Notes under the pieces: model-generated
The model's input: the letters and a program-made list of their open reading frames with translations, nothing else
Database searches by the model: none
What the model was told of the DNA's origin: nothing
Shown: positions 8,595 through 20,088 of the stretch, one piece after another
How positions within the stretch are numbered: position 1 is the stretch's first letter
Layout of the letters: each line of letters starts with the position of its first letter
Made by a program: the position numbers and the translations under genes
Assembly: GCA_945992255.1 (NCBI GenBank)
Contig: CAMFVQ010000027.1
Span: forward strand, 24,026-88,025
Length of the DNA: 64,000 nt
From: an uncultured Clostridia bacterium
Lineage (GTDB): Bacteria; Bacillota; Clostridia; Christensenellales; UBA3700
Direction: 5' to 3'

Positions 8595-10532
8595 ATGAAC
8601 ATTACACTAAAAGACGGAAGTTCTGTATCATTCGACAAGCCGGTCAAAGTTATGGACGTGGCAAAGAGCATTTCTGAGGGACTTGCAAGAGTAGCTCTCG
8701 GAGCTAAGGTAGACGGCAGTGTTGTCGAGCTAAACAGCGTGATTTATGAAGACTGCACTTTGGAGATTTTGACATTCAAAGATGAAGAGGGTAAGAGAAT
8801 TTATCGTCACACTTGTTCACATATTTTGGCACAAGCTATGAAGAGCGTGTTCCCAACAGTAAAACTTGCTATTGGACCTGCTATCGACAACGGTTTTTAC
8901 TATGACTTTGACTTCAAGACAGCTATCACTTTCGAGGAGCTTGTCAAAGTTGAAGATGAGATGAAGAAGATTATCAAAGCCAACTATCCGCTCGAAAGAT
9001 TTGTTTTGCCAAGACAAGAAGCAATCAATCTTATGATAAGCTTTGGCGAAGATTATAAGGTTGAGCTTATCAATGATTTGCCTGATGATGTGGAAGTATC
9101 TTTCTACAAACAAGGCGACTTTGTTGACCTATGCGCAGGTCCTCACTTGCCAAGCACTGGCTATATCAAGGCTTTCAAACTTACTAGCCTTACAGGTGCA
9201 TATTGGCGTGGCAATGAGCATAACAAAATGCTCAGCCGTGTATATGGCACTTGCTTTGACAAAAAGGCTGACCTCAACGAGTATTTGACAGCTCTTGAAG
9301 AGGCTAAAAAGCGTGACCACAACAAGCTTGGCAGAGAGATGGGTATCTTTATGACTGATGAAAATATCGGTCAAGGCTTGCCACTTCTTATGCCTAAGGG
9401 TGCAAAACTTATGCAAACTTTGGTAAGATTTGTTGAGGACGAAGAGGATAGACGTGGTTATGTGCGTACCAAAACTCCATTCATGGCGAAGTCTAATTTG
9501 TACAAGATTTCTGGTCACTGGGATCACTACAAAGATGGAATGTTCGTCATCGGTGATGAAGAAAAGGACGATGAAGTTTTTGCACTAAGACCAATGACTT
9601 GCCCATTCCAATATACCATTTATAACAATGGTATCAAGTCTTATAGAGATTTGCCTATCCGCTATGGCGAAACAAGTACTTTGTTCCGCAATGAGTCATC
9701 AGGCGAAATGCACGGACTTATCAGAGTACGCCAATTTACTATCAGTGAAGGTCACTTGATTTGTACTCCTAGCCAACTCGAAGAAGAGTTCAAAGGTGTC
9801 ATTGACCTTATCAACTTTATGCTCAAGAGCATTGGACTCGAGAACGACGTAACATACAGATTTTCTCGTTGGGATCCAAACGACAGCGAAAAGTATATCA
9901 ATGACCCACAAAAATGGGAAGAAGCTGAGGCTACTATGAGAACAATCCTTAACCACCTTGGTATCAAATACACTGAGGCTATCGGTGAGGCTGCTTTCTA
10001 TGGACCAAAGCTCGATATTCAAATCAAGAACGTACACGGCAAGGAAGATACAATCATCACCGTTCAAGTGGATATGTTCTTGGCAGAGAACTTTGATATG
10101 AGCTACGTGGACGAGAATGGCGAAAAACAAAGACCATATATCATTCACAGAACATCTATCGGTTGTTATGAGAGAACAATCGCACTTCTTATCGAAAAAT
10201 ATGCAGGTGCATTCCCAGTATGGCTAGCTCCAACTCAAGTCAAAGTTTTGAGCCTAACCGACCGTACAAAAGACCTATCTCAAGATATTGTAACCAAACT
10301 TGGTAATGTGGGTATCAGAGCAGAGCTTGATGCAAGAAGCGAAACAGTGGGTTACAAGATAAGATCAGCCCAAATGGAAAAAGTGCCTTATATGCTCATT
10401 ATTGGTGACAAAGAAGCAGAAGAAGGAGTGGTATCTGTAAGACGCCGTGGAGCAGGTGACTTGGGCAAGATGAAGTATGAAGAATTCTTGGCTATGATAT
10501 TGAACGATGTAGCTACAAGAAAGCTTGACTGA
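8595..10532 (+). CDS. thrS: threonyl-tRNA synthetase
   Basis: 645 aa with TGS, second-additional-domain, class II core and anticodon-binding domains recognisable. RBS is AAGGAGAAG. Confidence 0.97.
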   Translation: MNITLKDGSSVSFDKPVKVMDVAKSISEGLARVALGAKVDGSVVELNSVIYEDCTLEILTFKDEEGKRIYRHTCSHILAQAMKSVFPTVKLAIGPAIDNGFYYDFDFKTAITFEELVKVEDEMKKIIKANYPLERFVLPRQEAINLMISFGEDYKVELINDLPDDVEVSFYKQGDFVDLCAGPHLPSTGYIKAFKLTSLTGAYWRGNEHNKMLSRVYGTCFDKKADLNEYLTALEEAKKRDHNKLGREMGIFMTDENIGQGLPLLMPKGAKLMQTLVRFVEDEEDRRGYVRTKTPFMAKSNLYKISGHWDHYKDGMFVIGDEEKDDEVFALRPMTCPFQYTIYNNGIKSYRDLPIRYGETSTLFRNESSGEMHGLIRVRQFTISEGHLICTPSQLEEEFKGVIDLINFMLKSIGLENDVTYRFSRWDPNDSEKYINDPQKWEEAEATMRTILNHLGIKYTEAIGEAAFYGPKLDIQIKNVHGKEDTIITVQVDMFLAENFDMSYVDENGEKQRPYIIHRTSIGCYERTIALLIEKYAGAFPVWLAPTQVKVLSLTDRTKDLSQDIVTKLGNVGIRAELDARSETVGYKIRSAQMEKVPYMLIIGDKEAEEGVVSVRRRGAGDLGKMKYEEFLAMILNDVATRKLD

Positions 10533-10603
10533 CAGATTGGAATGTGGCAAAACCGCCATATTGCAAAAAAAATAAAAAAAATTTGAAAAACACTGAATTA
10601 TTG

Positions 10604-10632
10604 TTGACAGCGGTGAGTATATTTGTTAAGAT
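10604..10632 (+). promoter_or_regulatory. sigma-A promoter of the infC-rpmI-rplT operon
   Basis: TTGACA, 17 nt, extended -10 TGtTAAGAT. Confidence 0.65.
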
Positions 10633-10639
10633 AGACAAG

Positions 10640-10746
10640 GAAAAACAAAGTAGCAGTTGCTCACCCTTCGACATAGGTCAGTTGTGGTTAATAATTTAGA
10701 GATTCTAGATTTGGGTAACAATGCATTTTGTTACCCATATTTTATT
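10640..10746 (+). promoter_or_regulatory. L20-leader-type attenuator upstream of infC
   Basis: The ~130-nt leader ends in GGGTAACAA-tgcatt-TTGTTACCC followed by ATATTTTATT. Position and architecture match the Firmicute L20 leader. The family assignment has not been checked against a covariance model. Confidence 0.6.
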
Positions 10747-10771
10747 GCCAAAGTGCAGGGAGGAAACTTTT

Positions 10772-11284
10772 ATAAAAGAGTTATTGATCAACAGACAAAT
10801 TAGAGAAAGAGAAGTAAGACTTCTAGCAAGCGACGGAGAACAACTTGGCATTATGTCAAGCAATCAAGCCAACGATATTGCTGATGAACAAAATCTTGAC
10901 CTTGTGTTGATTTCACCATCTGCAAAGCCACCAGTTTGCAAGTTGATGGACTATGGCAAATACAAATACGAAATCTTGAAGAAAGAGAAAGAAAACCGCA
11001 AAAACCAAAAGGTTGTGGAGCTAAAAGAAGTTTGGCTATCAGCTACAATCGATGTGGGCGACCTCAATACCAAAGCCAACACAGCTCGCAAATTTTTGGT
11101 AGCAGGTGACAGAGTAAGAGTTTCTATCCGCCTCAAAGGTCGTCAAAATGCAAGACCTGAGAACGCAATCAAAGTTATGGAAGACTTTTACGAATTGCTA
11201 AAAGACATTTCACTGATGGATAAAAAACCTAATCAAGAAGGTAAAAGTATCGCAATGATACTCAATCCATTGGCTAAAAAATAA
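10772..11284 (+). CDS. infC: translation initiation factor IF-3, non-canonical ATA start
   Basis: RBS AGGGAGGAA lies 9 nt upstream of ATA at 10772. The product aligns from its first residues with IF-3 N-termini (IKELLINRQIREREVRL). The ORF-track ATG at 10721 lies inside the leader terminator loop. Confidence 0.88.
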   Translation: MKELLINRQIREREVRLLASDGEQLGIMSSNQANDIADEQNLDLVLISPSAKPPVCKLMDYGKYKYEILKKEKENRKNQKVVELKEVWLSATIDVGDLNTKANTARKFLVAGDRVRVSIRLKGRQNARPENAIKVMEDFYELLKDISLMDKKPNQEGKSIAMILNPLAKK

Positions 11285-11308
11285 AAATACTATTTTTGGA
11301 GGAGACAT

Positions 11309-11497
11309 ATGCCAAAACAAAAAACACATAGTGGTGCAGGAAAGCGTTTCACATTGACAGGAAACGGCAAAATTAAGAGAGCAAAAATGAACAGAAGACA
11401 CATTCTTAGCAAGAAGTCTTCTAAGAGAAAGCGTGGCTTGAGAAAGACAGCTTACGTATCAGTTACACAAGAAAAGACTATTAAGAGTTTGATCTAA
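11309..11497 (+). CDS. rpmI: 50S ribosomal protein L35
   Basis: 62 aa, [14 protein letters not shown]... RBS is GGAGGAG. Confidence 0.97.
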   Translation: MPKQKTHSGAGKRFTLTGNGKIKRAKMNRRHILSKKSSKRKRGLRKTAYVSVTQEKTIKSLI

Positions 11498-11512
11498 TCG
11501 GAGGGAAGTACA

Positions 11513-11857
11513 ATGAGAATTAAAAGAGGCGTAAACGCAGTTAAGAAAAGAAGAAAAATAATGAGACAAGCTAAAGGTTACTTTGGCGCTAAATCAAAAC
11601 TATATCGTGTAGCTCGCCAAGCTGTTATGAAGTCTGGTAACTATGCATTCGTAGGAAGAAAGCTCAAAAAGCGTGACTTCAGACAACTTTGGATTACTCG
11701 TATCAATGCTGCTGCAAGAATCAACGGTATGACATACAGCACATTTATGTGTGGTCTTAAGAAAGCTGGTATCAACCTCAACCGTAAGGTACTTGCTGAC
11801 CTAGCTGTAAATGACCCAAGTGCTTTTGCTACACTTTGCGAAAAGGCTAGAGCATAA
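11513..11857 (+). CDS. rplT: 50S ribosomal protein L20
   Basis: 114 aa, [15 protein letters not shown]... Confidence 0.97.
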   Translation: MRIKRGVNAVKKRRKIMRQAKGYFGAKSKLYRVARQAVMKSGNYAFVGRKLKKRDFRQLWITRINAAARINGMTYSTFMCGLKKAGINLNRKVLADLAVNDPSAFATLCEKARA

Positions 11858-11873
11858 TCTATTTTGAATTTTG

Positions 11874-11906
11874 CTAGGCAACCTTAGGGTTGCCTAGTTG
11901 CATTTT
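11874..11906 (+). terminator. intrinsic terminator after rplT
   Basis: CTAGGCAACC-ttag-GGTTGCCTAG, then an interrupted T-run (TTGCATTTT). Confidence 0.65.
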
Positions 11907-11932
11907 AGCTATATTTGTGTTATATTTTGATT

Positions 11933-12685
11933 ATGGAATTGTACAAATCAACTACCAATCCGCTCATTCAAAAAATTCGTTCTCTCAAAGATAAAAAAGC
12001 AAGGAAATATTTGGGATTGTTTTTGGTGGAAGGCGAAAATATCATCAAGGACTTTTCGAGCGATATAGAAATAAAATATCTGGTTGTGGAGCAAGACAAG
12101 CTCGACCAATTCGCCTATATCGTGGACAGGTATAAGGCAGTATGTATTGTGGTGGACAGCAAAGTTATGAAAGCTATCAGTGACACTGTGACACCTTGCG
12201 GTATAGTGGCGGTGGTTGTAAGTAAGCCACAAGACAAACTATACGGCGACAGGGTTGTAGTGTTGGACGGAGTGGCAGACCCCGGCAACTTTGGCACTAT
12301 TGTGCGTAGCTGTGTGGCGTGCGGTATCAAAGATATTTTGGCGGTAGAAAGTACGGACTTTTTGTCAGGTAAGGTGGTAAGAGCTTCTATGGGGGGCGTG
12401 CTTAGGTGCAATATCGTAGAATGTAGTCGTGACCAAATGACCACATATCTTGCCGGCAAACAAGTATTTGCGCTGGATATGAACGGCGACAATATATTCC
12501 AAACTAGCGTTGACAAAACTCAGCCTTGGGCGTTGGTGGTGGGCAGTGAGGCTCACGGAATAAGTGATACCACCAAGCAAAGAGCGGACAAGATTTTGTC
12601 ACTCCCTATGGTAGGCGATATAGAGTCACTCAATGCAGGAGTGAGCTTGTCGGTAGGACTTTTTGAGTTAGTTTTTGGAAAATAA
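11933..12685 (+). CDS. TrmH/SpoU-family RNA 2'-O-methyltransferase
   Basis: C-terminal SpoU methylase motifs are present (LVVGSEAHGIS, ESLNAGVS). I chose the ATG at 11933 over the ORF-track TTG at 11915. Confidence 0.8.
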   Translation: MELYKSTTNPLIQKIRSLKDKKARKYLGLFLVEGENIIKDFSSDIEIKYLVVEQDKLDQFAYIVDRYKAVCIVVDSKVMKAISDTVTPCGIVAVVVSKPQDKLYGDRVVVLDGVADPGNFGTIVRSCVACGIKDILAVESTDFLSGKVVRASMGGVLRCNIVECSRDQMTTYLAGKQVFALDMNGDNIFQTSVDKTQPWALVVGSEAHGISDTTKQRADKILSLPMVGDIESLNAGVSLSVGLFELVFGK

Positions 12686-12756
12686 CAAATATAACTTGCA
12701 TTATGCAAATAATTATTATAAAATTATAAAGATGAATTGAATTTTTGGAGGTTTTT

Positions 12757-13500
12757 ATGTCAGGACATAGCAAATGGGCGAATATTAAAATCAAGAAAGG
12801 TAAATCTGATGCAAAGAGAGCAAGCATTTTTACCAAAATTGGTCGTGAACTTGCAGTAGCAGTTAAGGCGGGCGGACCAGACCCTAACAACAACGCAAGA
12901 CTTCGTGATGTTATCGCCAAGGCTAAAGCCAACAACATGCCTAATGACAATATCACTCGTGGTATCAAAAAGGCAAGCGGTGAGCTAGGCTCAATCAACT
13001 ATGAAGAAAACGTTTATGAAGGATATGCAGCAGGCGGTGTTGCAGTCATTGTAGAGACTTTGACAGACAACAAAAATCGTACTGCCGGCGATATTAGACA
13101 CCACTTTGACAAGTGCGGCGGTTCTATGGGAACTACCGGTTGTGTGTCTTATATGTTCGAGAAAAAAGGCGTAATCGTGGTAGATAAACAAGGTCAAGAT
13201 GAAGATGATATTATGATGATTGCACTTGATTGTGGTGCTGATGATGTCGTTTCTGATGATGATGTTTGCGAAATCTACACTGATTATACAAAGCTCGGTG
13301 AAGTAAGAGAAGCTATGGAGAAAGAAGGCTCACTTACTATCTTGTCAGCAGAGGTGGATATGATTCCTTCCAACACTGTCAAGCCAGATGCAGATACCCA
13401 AGGAAGAGTTAGAAAACTCCTTGATATGCTCGAAGAAAACGATGATGTTCAAAACGTTTATCACAACGCAGAACTCGATGAAGAAGAGGAAGAAGAATAA
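12757..13500 (+). CDS. YebC/PmpR-family transcriptional regulator
   Basis: [11 protein letters not shown]... is the hallmark N-terminus. GGAGG RBS. The ORF-track TTG start at 12745 lies within the RBS. Confidence 0.93.
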   Translation: MSGHSKWANIKIKKGKSDAKRASIFTKIGRELAVAVKAGGPDPNNNARLRDVIAKAKANNMPNDNITRGIKKASGELGSINYEENVYEGYAAGGVAVIVETLTDNKNRTAGDIRHHFDKCGGSMGTTGCVSYMFEKKGVIVVDKQGQDEDDIMMIALDCGADDVVSDDDVCEIYTDYTKLGEVREAMEKEGSLTILSAEVDMIPSNTVKPDADTQGRVRKLLDMLEENDDVQNVYHNAELDEEEEEE

Positions 13501-14744
13501 TGAAAATATCCGTCCAAGAGATTTGTCAAAAAGCAAGACTTGCTAGTTATGAATTGGCTGTTGCCGATAGTTTTGTCAAGAACAAAATTTTGACAACTAT
13601 TGCTGCCAACCTTGTACAATACAAAGACAAAATTTTGGACGCCAACACTCTCGATATTGCTGAGGCGGATTATCTAGGCAAGGCTATGCAAGATAGACTT
13701 CGCTTAGATGAAAAGCGTATTTTGGCTATGGCAGAAGGCGTGCGACAAGTGGCAGGATTGGTTGACACTGTGGGAGATGTAATTAAGACTTGGACTCGCC
13801 CAAACGGATTGGAGATTGCCAAAGTTAGAGCGCCATTGGGCGTCATAGGTGTCATCTATGAAGCAAGACCTAATGTAACCATTGATGTTGCTAGTCTTAC
13901 TATCAAGTCTGGCAACTGTGTGGTGCTTCGTGGCGGAAAGGAGGCAATCAACTCCAATCGTGCATTGTACGAGATAATCAAGCAAAGTATATCTGAGTGT
14001 GATTTCAATCCTGATATTGTGGGATTTATCGATGATACAAGCCGAGAGGGCAGCATGCAACTGCTTACCCAAGCGGACAATGTAGACGTCATCATTCCTC
14101 GTGGAGGCGATGGGCTCAAAAAGTTCGTACTCCAAAATTCTACTATTCCTGTTATTGCATCTGCAGGCGGTAATTGTCATATTTTCGTGGACAAGTCAGC
14201 AGACTTTGAGATGGCAAAAGAAGTCATCTACAATGCAAAAATGCAAAGACCATCGGTGTGCAATGCACTCGAACAACTGCTTGTACACAAGGATATTGCC
14301 AAGGACTTTGTATCTATGATAGTGACAGCTCTCCAAGAAGGCGGAGCTAAGATTGTGGGTTGTCCTGTCGTTTGTTCGCTCGCTGAGGGAGTTGTGCCAG
14401 CTACCGAAGAGGACTACAAGAAAGAACATCTTGACTATGAGCTCACTATCCGTGTGGTCGATGATATTGATATGGCGATTGACATCATCAATGCCAACAA
14501 TACCAAACATAGTGACGGTATTATGTCATTCGACCAAGCTAACATTGACAAGTTTACCAAAAAGGTGGACAGCGGTTGTGTGTATGTCAATGCTTCCACT
14601 CGTTTTACCGATGGATTTGAGTTCGGTTTTGGTGCTGAGATAGGCATTTCGACCCAAAAGTTGCATGCTAGAGGACCATTGGGACTCGAACAACTTTGTT
14701 CGGAAAAATATATTATCCGTGGCACAGGACAGACAAGACAATGA
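13500..14744 (+). CDS. proA: gamma-glutamyl phosphate reductase
   Basis: 414 aa aldehyde-dehydrogenase fold typical of ProA (EARPNVT, CNALE). The start overlaps the yebC stop and the stop overlaps the ruvC start. Confidence 0.92.
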   Translation: MKISVQEICQKARLASYELAVADSFVKNKILTTIAANLVQYKDKILDANTLDIAEADYLGKAMQDRLRLDEKRILAMAEGVRQVAGLVDTVGDVIKTWTRPNGLEIAKVRAPLGVIGVIYEARPNVTIDVASLTIKSGNCVVLRGGKEAINSNRALYEIIKQSISECDFNPDIVGFIDDTSREGSMQLLTQADNVDVIIPRGGDGLKKFVLQNSTIPVIASAGGNCHIFVDKSADFEMAKEVIYNAKMQRPSVCNALEQLLVHKDIAKDFVSMIVTALQEGGAKIVGCPVVCSLAEGVVPATEEDYKKEHLDYELTIRVVDDIDMAIDIINANNTKHSDGIMSFDQANIDKFTKKVDSGCVYVNASTRFTDGFEFGFGAEIGISTQKLHARGPLGLEQLCSEKYIIRGTGQTRQ

Positions 14745-15238
14745 TTATACTAGGTATTGACCCGGGACTTGCGATTGTTGGCTATGGCGTGCTAGACAAC
14801 CAAAGCGGTGTGTATCGTGCCATTGATTGCGGAGTTATCAACACCCCAAAAGAGATGACCACTCCAGAGCGACTTTGTGAGATTTACAAGGGAATGGGCG
14901 AATTGATAGACAAATTCAAACCCGACCAAGTGGCAATCGAAGAGTTGTTTTTTACCAAAAACATTACTACAGGTATATCGGTTGCGGAGGCTAGAGGAGT
15001 GATTTTGCTAGCTTGTAAACAGCACGATATTCCGCTGTTTGAGTATACACCTAACCAAATCAAACAAGCCTTGACAGGCTATGGCAAAGCGGACAAAAAG
15101 CAAATCCAATTCATGGTAACAAGGCTGTTGAAATTGAAGGCTATCCCAAAGCCTGATGATGCTGCCGATGCTTTGGCTGTGGCACTCACTCATGCTCAGA
15201 CAGCAAGACTCGGTGGATTGTTCAGTATCAAAAAATAG
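14741..15238 (+). CDS. ruvC: crossover junction endodeoxyribonuclease RuvC
   Basis: MIILGIDPGLAIVGYG... ATGA overlap with proA. The ORF-track upstream extension was rejected. Confidence 0.92.
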   Translation: MIILGIDPGLAIVGYGVLDNQSGVYRAIDCGVINTPKEMTTPERLCEIYKGMGELIDKFKPDQVAIEELFFTKNITTGISVAEARGVILLACKQHDIPLFEYTPNQIKQALTGYGKADKKQIQFMVTRLLKLKAIPKPDDAADALAVALTHAQTARLGGLFSIKK

Positions 15239-15259
15239 TCATATATCCAAAAACATTCT

Positions 15260-15286
15260 AGTCAAGTAATAACTTGACTTTTTTTA
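15260..15286 (+). terminator. intrinsic terminator after ruvC
   Basis: AGTCAAGT-aata-ACTTGACT followed by T7. Confidence 0.85.
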
Positions 15287-15308
15287 TTTATTTTATTATT
15301 ATAAAATT

Positions 15309-15911
15309 ATGTATTATTCAATAACCGGTAAAGTAATTTTGGCAAGCGAAGGTAGACTCGTCGTAGACTGCAATGGTGTAGGCTATGATATTGCTGTGTC
15401 CAACAACGCATTGGTGCGACTTGGCAAGGTTGGAGAAGTGGTGACAGTATTCACCTATCTTCAAGTTTCCGAGGACGCATTGAGGCTGTACGGCTTTTAT
15501 AGCAAAGAAGAAAAGACTATGTTCGAGAACCTCATCACAATCAGCGGTGTAGGTCCAAAACTTGCTGTGCAAATCTTGTCAGGGGCAGAGCTTAGCCGAT
15601 TGGCGGTGGCTATTGTCAACTCAGATGTCAAGGCACTTGCAGGCATCAAAGGCATTGGCAAAAAGACTGCCGAAAGAATTATTTTGGAACTCAAAGGCAA
15701 GCTCGAACAAGAAGTTGCGACAGATACAAGCCTTGTGGGCGACAGCGTGATTGTTGCGACCAGTAGTGATGAGATAACCAAAGATGCGGTGATGGCTTTG
15801 ATGAGCTTTGGCGTATCTAAAGCTCAAGCTGAGCAAGCTGTTGTGGCGGTTAGGAATAAAGCAAAAGATCTAGAAGGTGTGATAGCACTAGCATTTAGGA
15901 GTTTGGCATAA
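15309..15911 (+). CDS. ruvA: Holliday junction DNA helicase RuvA
   Basis: 200 aa with helix-hairpin-helix motifs ([21 protein letters not shown]). Confidence 0.95.
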   Translation: MYYSITGKVILASEGRLVVDCNGVGYDIAVSNNALVRLGKVGEVVTVFTYLQVSEDALRLYGFYSKEEKTMFENLITISGVGPKLAVQILSGAELSRLAVAIVNSDVKALAGIKGIGKKTAERIILELKGKLEQEVATDTSLVGDSVIVATSSDEITKDAVMALMSFGVSKAQAEQAVVAVRNKAKDLEGVIALAFRSLA

Positions 15912-16984
15912 TGGATTTTGAAGAAGAAAATCAACGATTTATGTCATCGCTCGAGGACTTGGGTGACAGAGATGTCGAGAACACGCTCCGTCCAAAGTCA
16001 ATGAGTGATTATGTAGGTCAAGACAAAGTCAAAGAAAACTTGGAAGTATATATTCAAGCGGCGGTTGCAAGGGGTGAAGCCTTGGACCACGTTCTTTTGT
16101 ACGGTCCTCCTGGACTTGGTAAGACGACGCTTGCTCATATTATCGCCAACGAAATGGGTTCTCAGATAAGAGTCACCAGTGGTCCTGCTATCGAAAAAGC
16201 AGGAGATTTGGCAGCTATTTTGACCAATCTAGAAGAAAATGATGTGCTGTTCATCGATGAGATTCATAGACTAAATCGCAATATAGAAGAAGTGTTGTAT
16301 TCGGCTATGGAAGACTTTGCGCTCGACTTTGTGGTAGGCAAAGGTCCATCTGCCAAGTCTATTCGTATTGGCTTGAACAAGTTTACACTCATAGGAGCAA
16401 CCACAAAGGCAGGTATGATTACCTCTCCGCTGAGAGATAGATTTGGCGTAAATTGCCGTTTGGAATTGTATTCTCCAGCTCAGCTTGCTGATATTGTCAA
16501 GCGTTCGGCTAGTTTGCTCAATATCCAAATATCCGAAGATGGCGCTATGGAAATTGCTATGCGTAGCCGTGGTACACCTCGTATCGCCAACCGCATTTTG
16601 AAACGTGTGCGTGACTTTGCAGAGATAAGAGGCAACGGCGTAGTAGACAAGGAAGTTGCTGATTATGCACTCGGCAGAATGGAGATAGACAACCTAGGAC
16701 TCGACAACGTAGACAGAAGATTGCTCGACACAATTATCAACAAGTTCGGCGGTGGTCCGGTGGGATTGGATACTTTGTCGGCTTCTATCGGTGAGGACAG
16801 CGGTACAATAGAAGATGTATATGAGCCTTACCTTATGCAAATTGCTTTCGTAGCTCGTACTCCTAGAGGGCGTATTTGTATGCCAGATGCTTACAAACAT
16901 ATGGGAGTTAAGCAGCCTGAGCCAAAGTTCAAACAAATGTCAATGCTTGATATGGATATAGACAACGGAGAAAACAATGACTAA
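15911..16984 (+). CDS. ruvB: Holliday junction DNA helicase RuvB
   Basis: Walker [10 protein letters not shown] and Walker B LFIDEIH. Confidence 0.97.
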   Translation: MDFEEENQRFMSSLEDLGDRDVENTLRPKSMSDYVGQDKVKENLEVYIQAAVARGEALDHVLLYGPPGLGKTTLAHIIANEMGSQIRVTSGPAIEKAGDLAAILTNLEENDVLFIDEIHRLNRNIEEVLYSAMEDFALDFVVGKGPSAKSIRIGLNKFTLIGATTKAGMITSPLRDRFGVNCRLELYSPAQLADIVKRSASLLNIQISEDGAMEIAMRSRGTPRIANRILKRVRDFAEIRGNGVVDKEVADYALGRMEIDNLGLDNVDRRLLDTIINKFGGGPVGLDTLSASIGEDSGTIEDVYEPYLMQIAFVARTPRGRICMPDAYKHMGVKQPEPKFKQMSMLDMDIDNGENND

Positions 16985-18020
16985 TTTTTCTACACACGAT
17001 TTTTATTATGACTTGCCAAAAGAGTTGATTGCACAAACTCCTGTAGAGCCTCGTGACAGCTCTCGCATGCTTGTATATCACAAACAAAACGGCAATATTG
17101 AACACAAACATTTTTATGATGTGGTAGATTATCTTCAAGCAGGTGATGTGCTTGTCATCAACGATACCAAGGTTATTCCAGCTCGTATTTTTGCTCGCCG
17201 TATGGTAGAGGGAGCAAGTATGGAAAAGAATTGTGAAGTGTTGCTTCTCAAAAGAATAAATCTTACAGATTGGGAATGTATCACTCGCCCAGCCAAAAAA
17301 CTCAAAGTTGGCACAAAGCTCGAGTTTTCGGAGGAATTGCACGGCGAAGTGATAGGTTATGGCGAAGAAGGTATCCGTACTATCAAGTTCCAATGGGAAG
17401 GGGTGTTCGAGGATATACTCGACAAGATAGGCAATATGCCACTTCCGCCTTATATCACTGAGAAACTAGAGGACAAAGATAGATACCAGACAGTATACAG
17501 CCGTGTTCAAGGCTCGGCGGCAGCTCCAACAGCAGGCTTGCATTTTACCAAAGAGCTTATGCAAAAGCTTGAAGATAAGGGGGTTATCATTGCCAAAGTT
17601 TTGCTACACGTAGGGCTTGGCACTTTCCGCCCAGTCAAAGAGGACAATATCTTAGACCACAAAATGCACAGCGAATATTATGAACTCGACCAAACCAACG
17701 CCGATATTATCAACAAGGCAGTCAAAGAAGGTAGAAGAGTGATTTGTGTAGGCACAACCTCAGTTAGGGTTGTAGAGAGCGTGTCAGGTGATGATGGGTT
17801 GGTGAGAGCCGAAAAAGGTAACACTCAAATATTCATCTATCCTGGATATAAGTTCAAAGTAGTAAAAGGACTTATCACCAACTTCCACTTGCCAGAGTCA
17901 ACACTCATTATGCTAGTCAGTGCATTCCTTGGCAGAGAAGAAACATTGAGAATGTACAACATAGCAGTAGAAGAGAAATATAGATTTTTCTCTTTTGGCG
18001 ATGCAACATTGCTTATCTAA
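16977..18020 (+). CDS. queA: S-adenosylmethionine:tRNA ribosyltransferase-isomerase
   Basis: 347 aa with typical QueA N-terminus ([24 protein letters not shown]). Confidence 0.95.
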   Translation: MTNFSTHDFYYDLPKELIAQTPVEPRDSSRMLVYHKQNGNIEHKHFYDVVDYLQAGDVLVINDTKVIPARIFARRMVEGASMEKNCEVLLLKRINLTDWECITRPAKKLKVGTKLEFSEELHGEVIGYGEEGIRTIKFQWEGVFEDILDKIGNMPLPPYITEKLEDKDRYQTVYSRVQGSAAAPTAGLHFTKELMQKLEDKGVIIAKVLLHVGLGTFRPVKEDNILDHKMHSEYYELDQTNADIINKAVKEGRRVICVGTTSVRVVESVSGDDGLVRAEKGNTQIFIYPGYKFKVVKGLITNFHLPESTLIMLVSAFLGREETLRMYNIAVEEKYRFFSFGDATLLI

Positions 18021-18161
18021 TAAGATAGGATTAGTCAACTAGTATCTAGCACTTGACAGCGGCATACGAGTAGCTCAGTCAATATGGATACAAAATGTAA
18101 AAGGATTTGAATGAATATACAAAGGTATGTTCATTGTCAATCAAAAAACAATGCTGCCTAA

Positions 18162-19307
<1,146 letters not shown>

Positions 19308-19462
19308 ATACAAAAAGTTGTAATATTTTGATTAAAAAGCATACAAATATATAAATTATTGTTGATTTTTTCAAAATTATTCTATATTATATGTATAGTA
19401 TGTTGGACAAAAACCATTTTTGTGGTGTGTCTTATATAAATATGTGATAAAAGGAGAAAACT

Positions 19463-19984
19463 ATGTTTTATATTCTAGGAGCAGGTGCAAACAACAAAAG
19501 CAGTATTGTTATGTTGATTGTATTGGCAGTATTGATGGTAGGTATGATGCTACTATCTGTTATTCCACAAAAGAAACGCCAAAAGAAGGCTCAAGAAATG
19601 ATGAATTCTATCAAAGTTGGCACAAAGGTTAAGACTATCGGCGGCTTTGTAGGCACAATCAAAGGAATCGACAATCAAGCCAACACTTTCGTTCTTGATT
19701 TGAGCGCAAAGGAAGATGGTTCTACTATGGTAGTTTTGGACAAGTCAGCTATCTACACTGTTATGACACCAAATGTAGAGGGCGTTTTGGAAGAGGCTAA
19801 GCCAGCTGAAGAGCAAGTTATTGCTGCTGATGAAGTAGAGGCAGAAGAAAAACTTGAGGCTAAGAAAGCTGAAAAGAAAGCTAAGAAAAATGCAAAGAAA
19901 GAAGCAGAAGTAGTTGAGGTTGTTGCCGAAGATGAAAATGCTGAAGTTGTTGACGCTGAAGTTGTAGAAACTGAAGAAAAATAA
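19463..19984 (+). CDS. yajC: preprotein translocase subunit YajC with a long acidic/lysine-rich C-terminal extension
   Basis: N-terminal TM plus the YajC core (PQKKRQKKAQEMMNSIKVGTKVKTIGG). At 173 aa it is longer than typical YajC. Confidence 0.88.
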   Translation: MFYILGAGANNKSSIVMLIVLAVLMVGMMLLSVIPQKKRQKKAQEMMNSIKVGTKVKTIGGFVGTIKGIDNQANTFVLDLSAKEDGSTMVVLDKSAIYTVMTPNVEGVLEEAKPAEEQVIAADEVEAEEKLEAKKAEKKAKKNAKKEAEVVEVVAEDENAEVVDAEVVETEEK

Positions 19985-20001
19985 TCGTTCTAGACATTTT
20001 G

Positions 20002-20031
20002 TATCACCGAGCAATCGGTGATATTTTTTTT
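20002..20031 (+). terminator. intrinsic terminator after yajC
   Basis: TATCACCGA-gcaa-TCGGTGATA followed by T8. Confidence 0.9.
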
Positions 20032-20088
20032 GCAAAATACCGCTCATATACTACAAAAAGATTGCATAGTATTGGGTGGAGGTGCAAA

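Noticed and set aside
10721-10771. ATG start of the ORF-track infC entry
   Set aside because: The ATG lies in the loop of the leader terminator hairpin, upstream of the SD. IF-3 homology begins at the ATA at 10772.
18066-18090. tRNA-like D-arm sequence GTAGCTCAGTC in the queA-tgt spacer
   Set aside because: No acceptor, anticodon or T-arm can be folded around it. It is more likely part of the degenerate repeat sequence.
19999-20088. N-terminal 30-codon extension of the ORF-track entry 19999-20472
   Set aside because: The extension contains the yajC intrinsic terminator (20002-20031). A GGAGG-preceded ATG at 20089 gives a sensible membrane protein.
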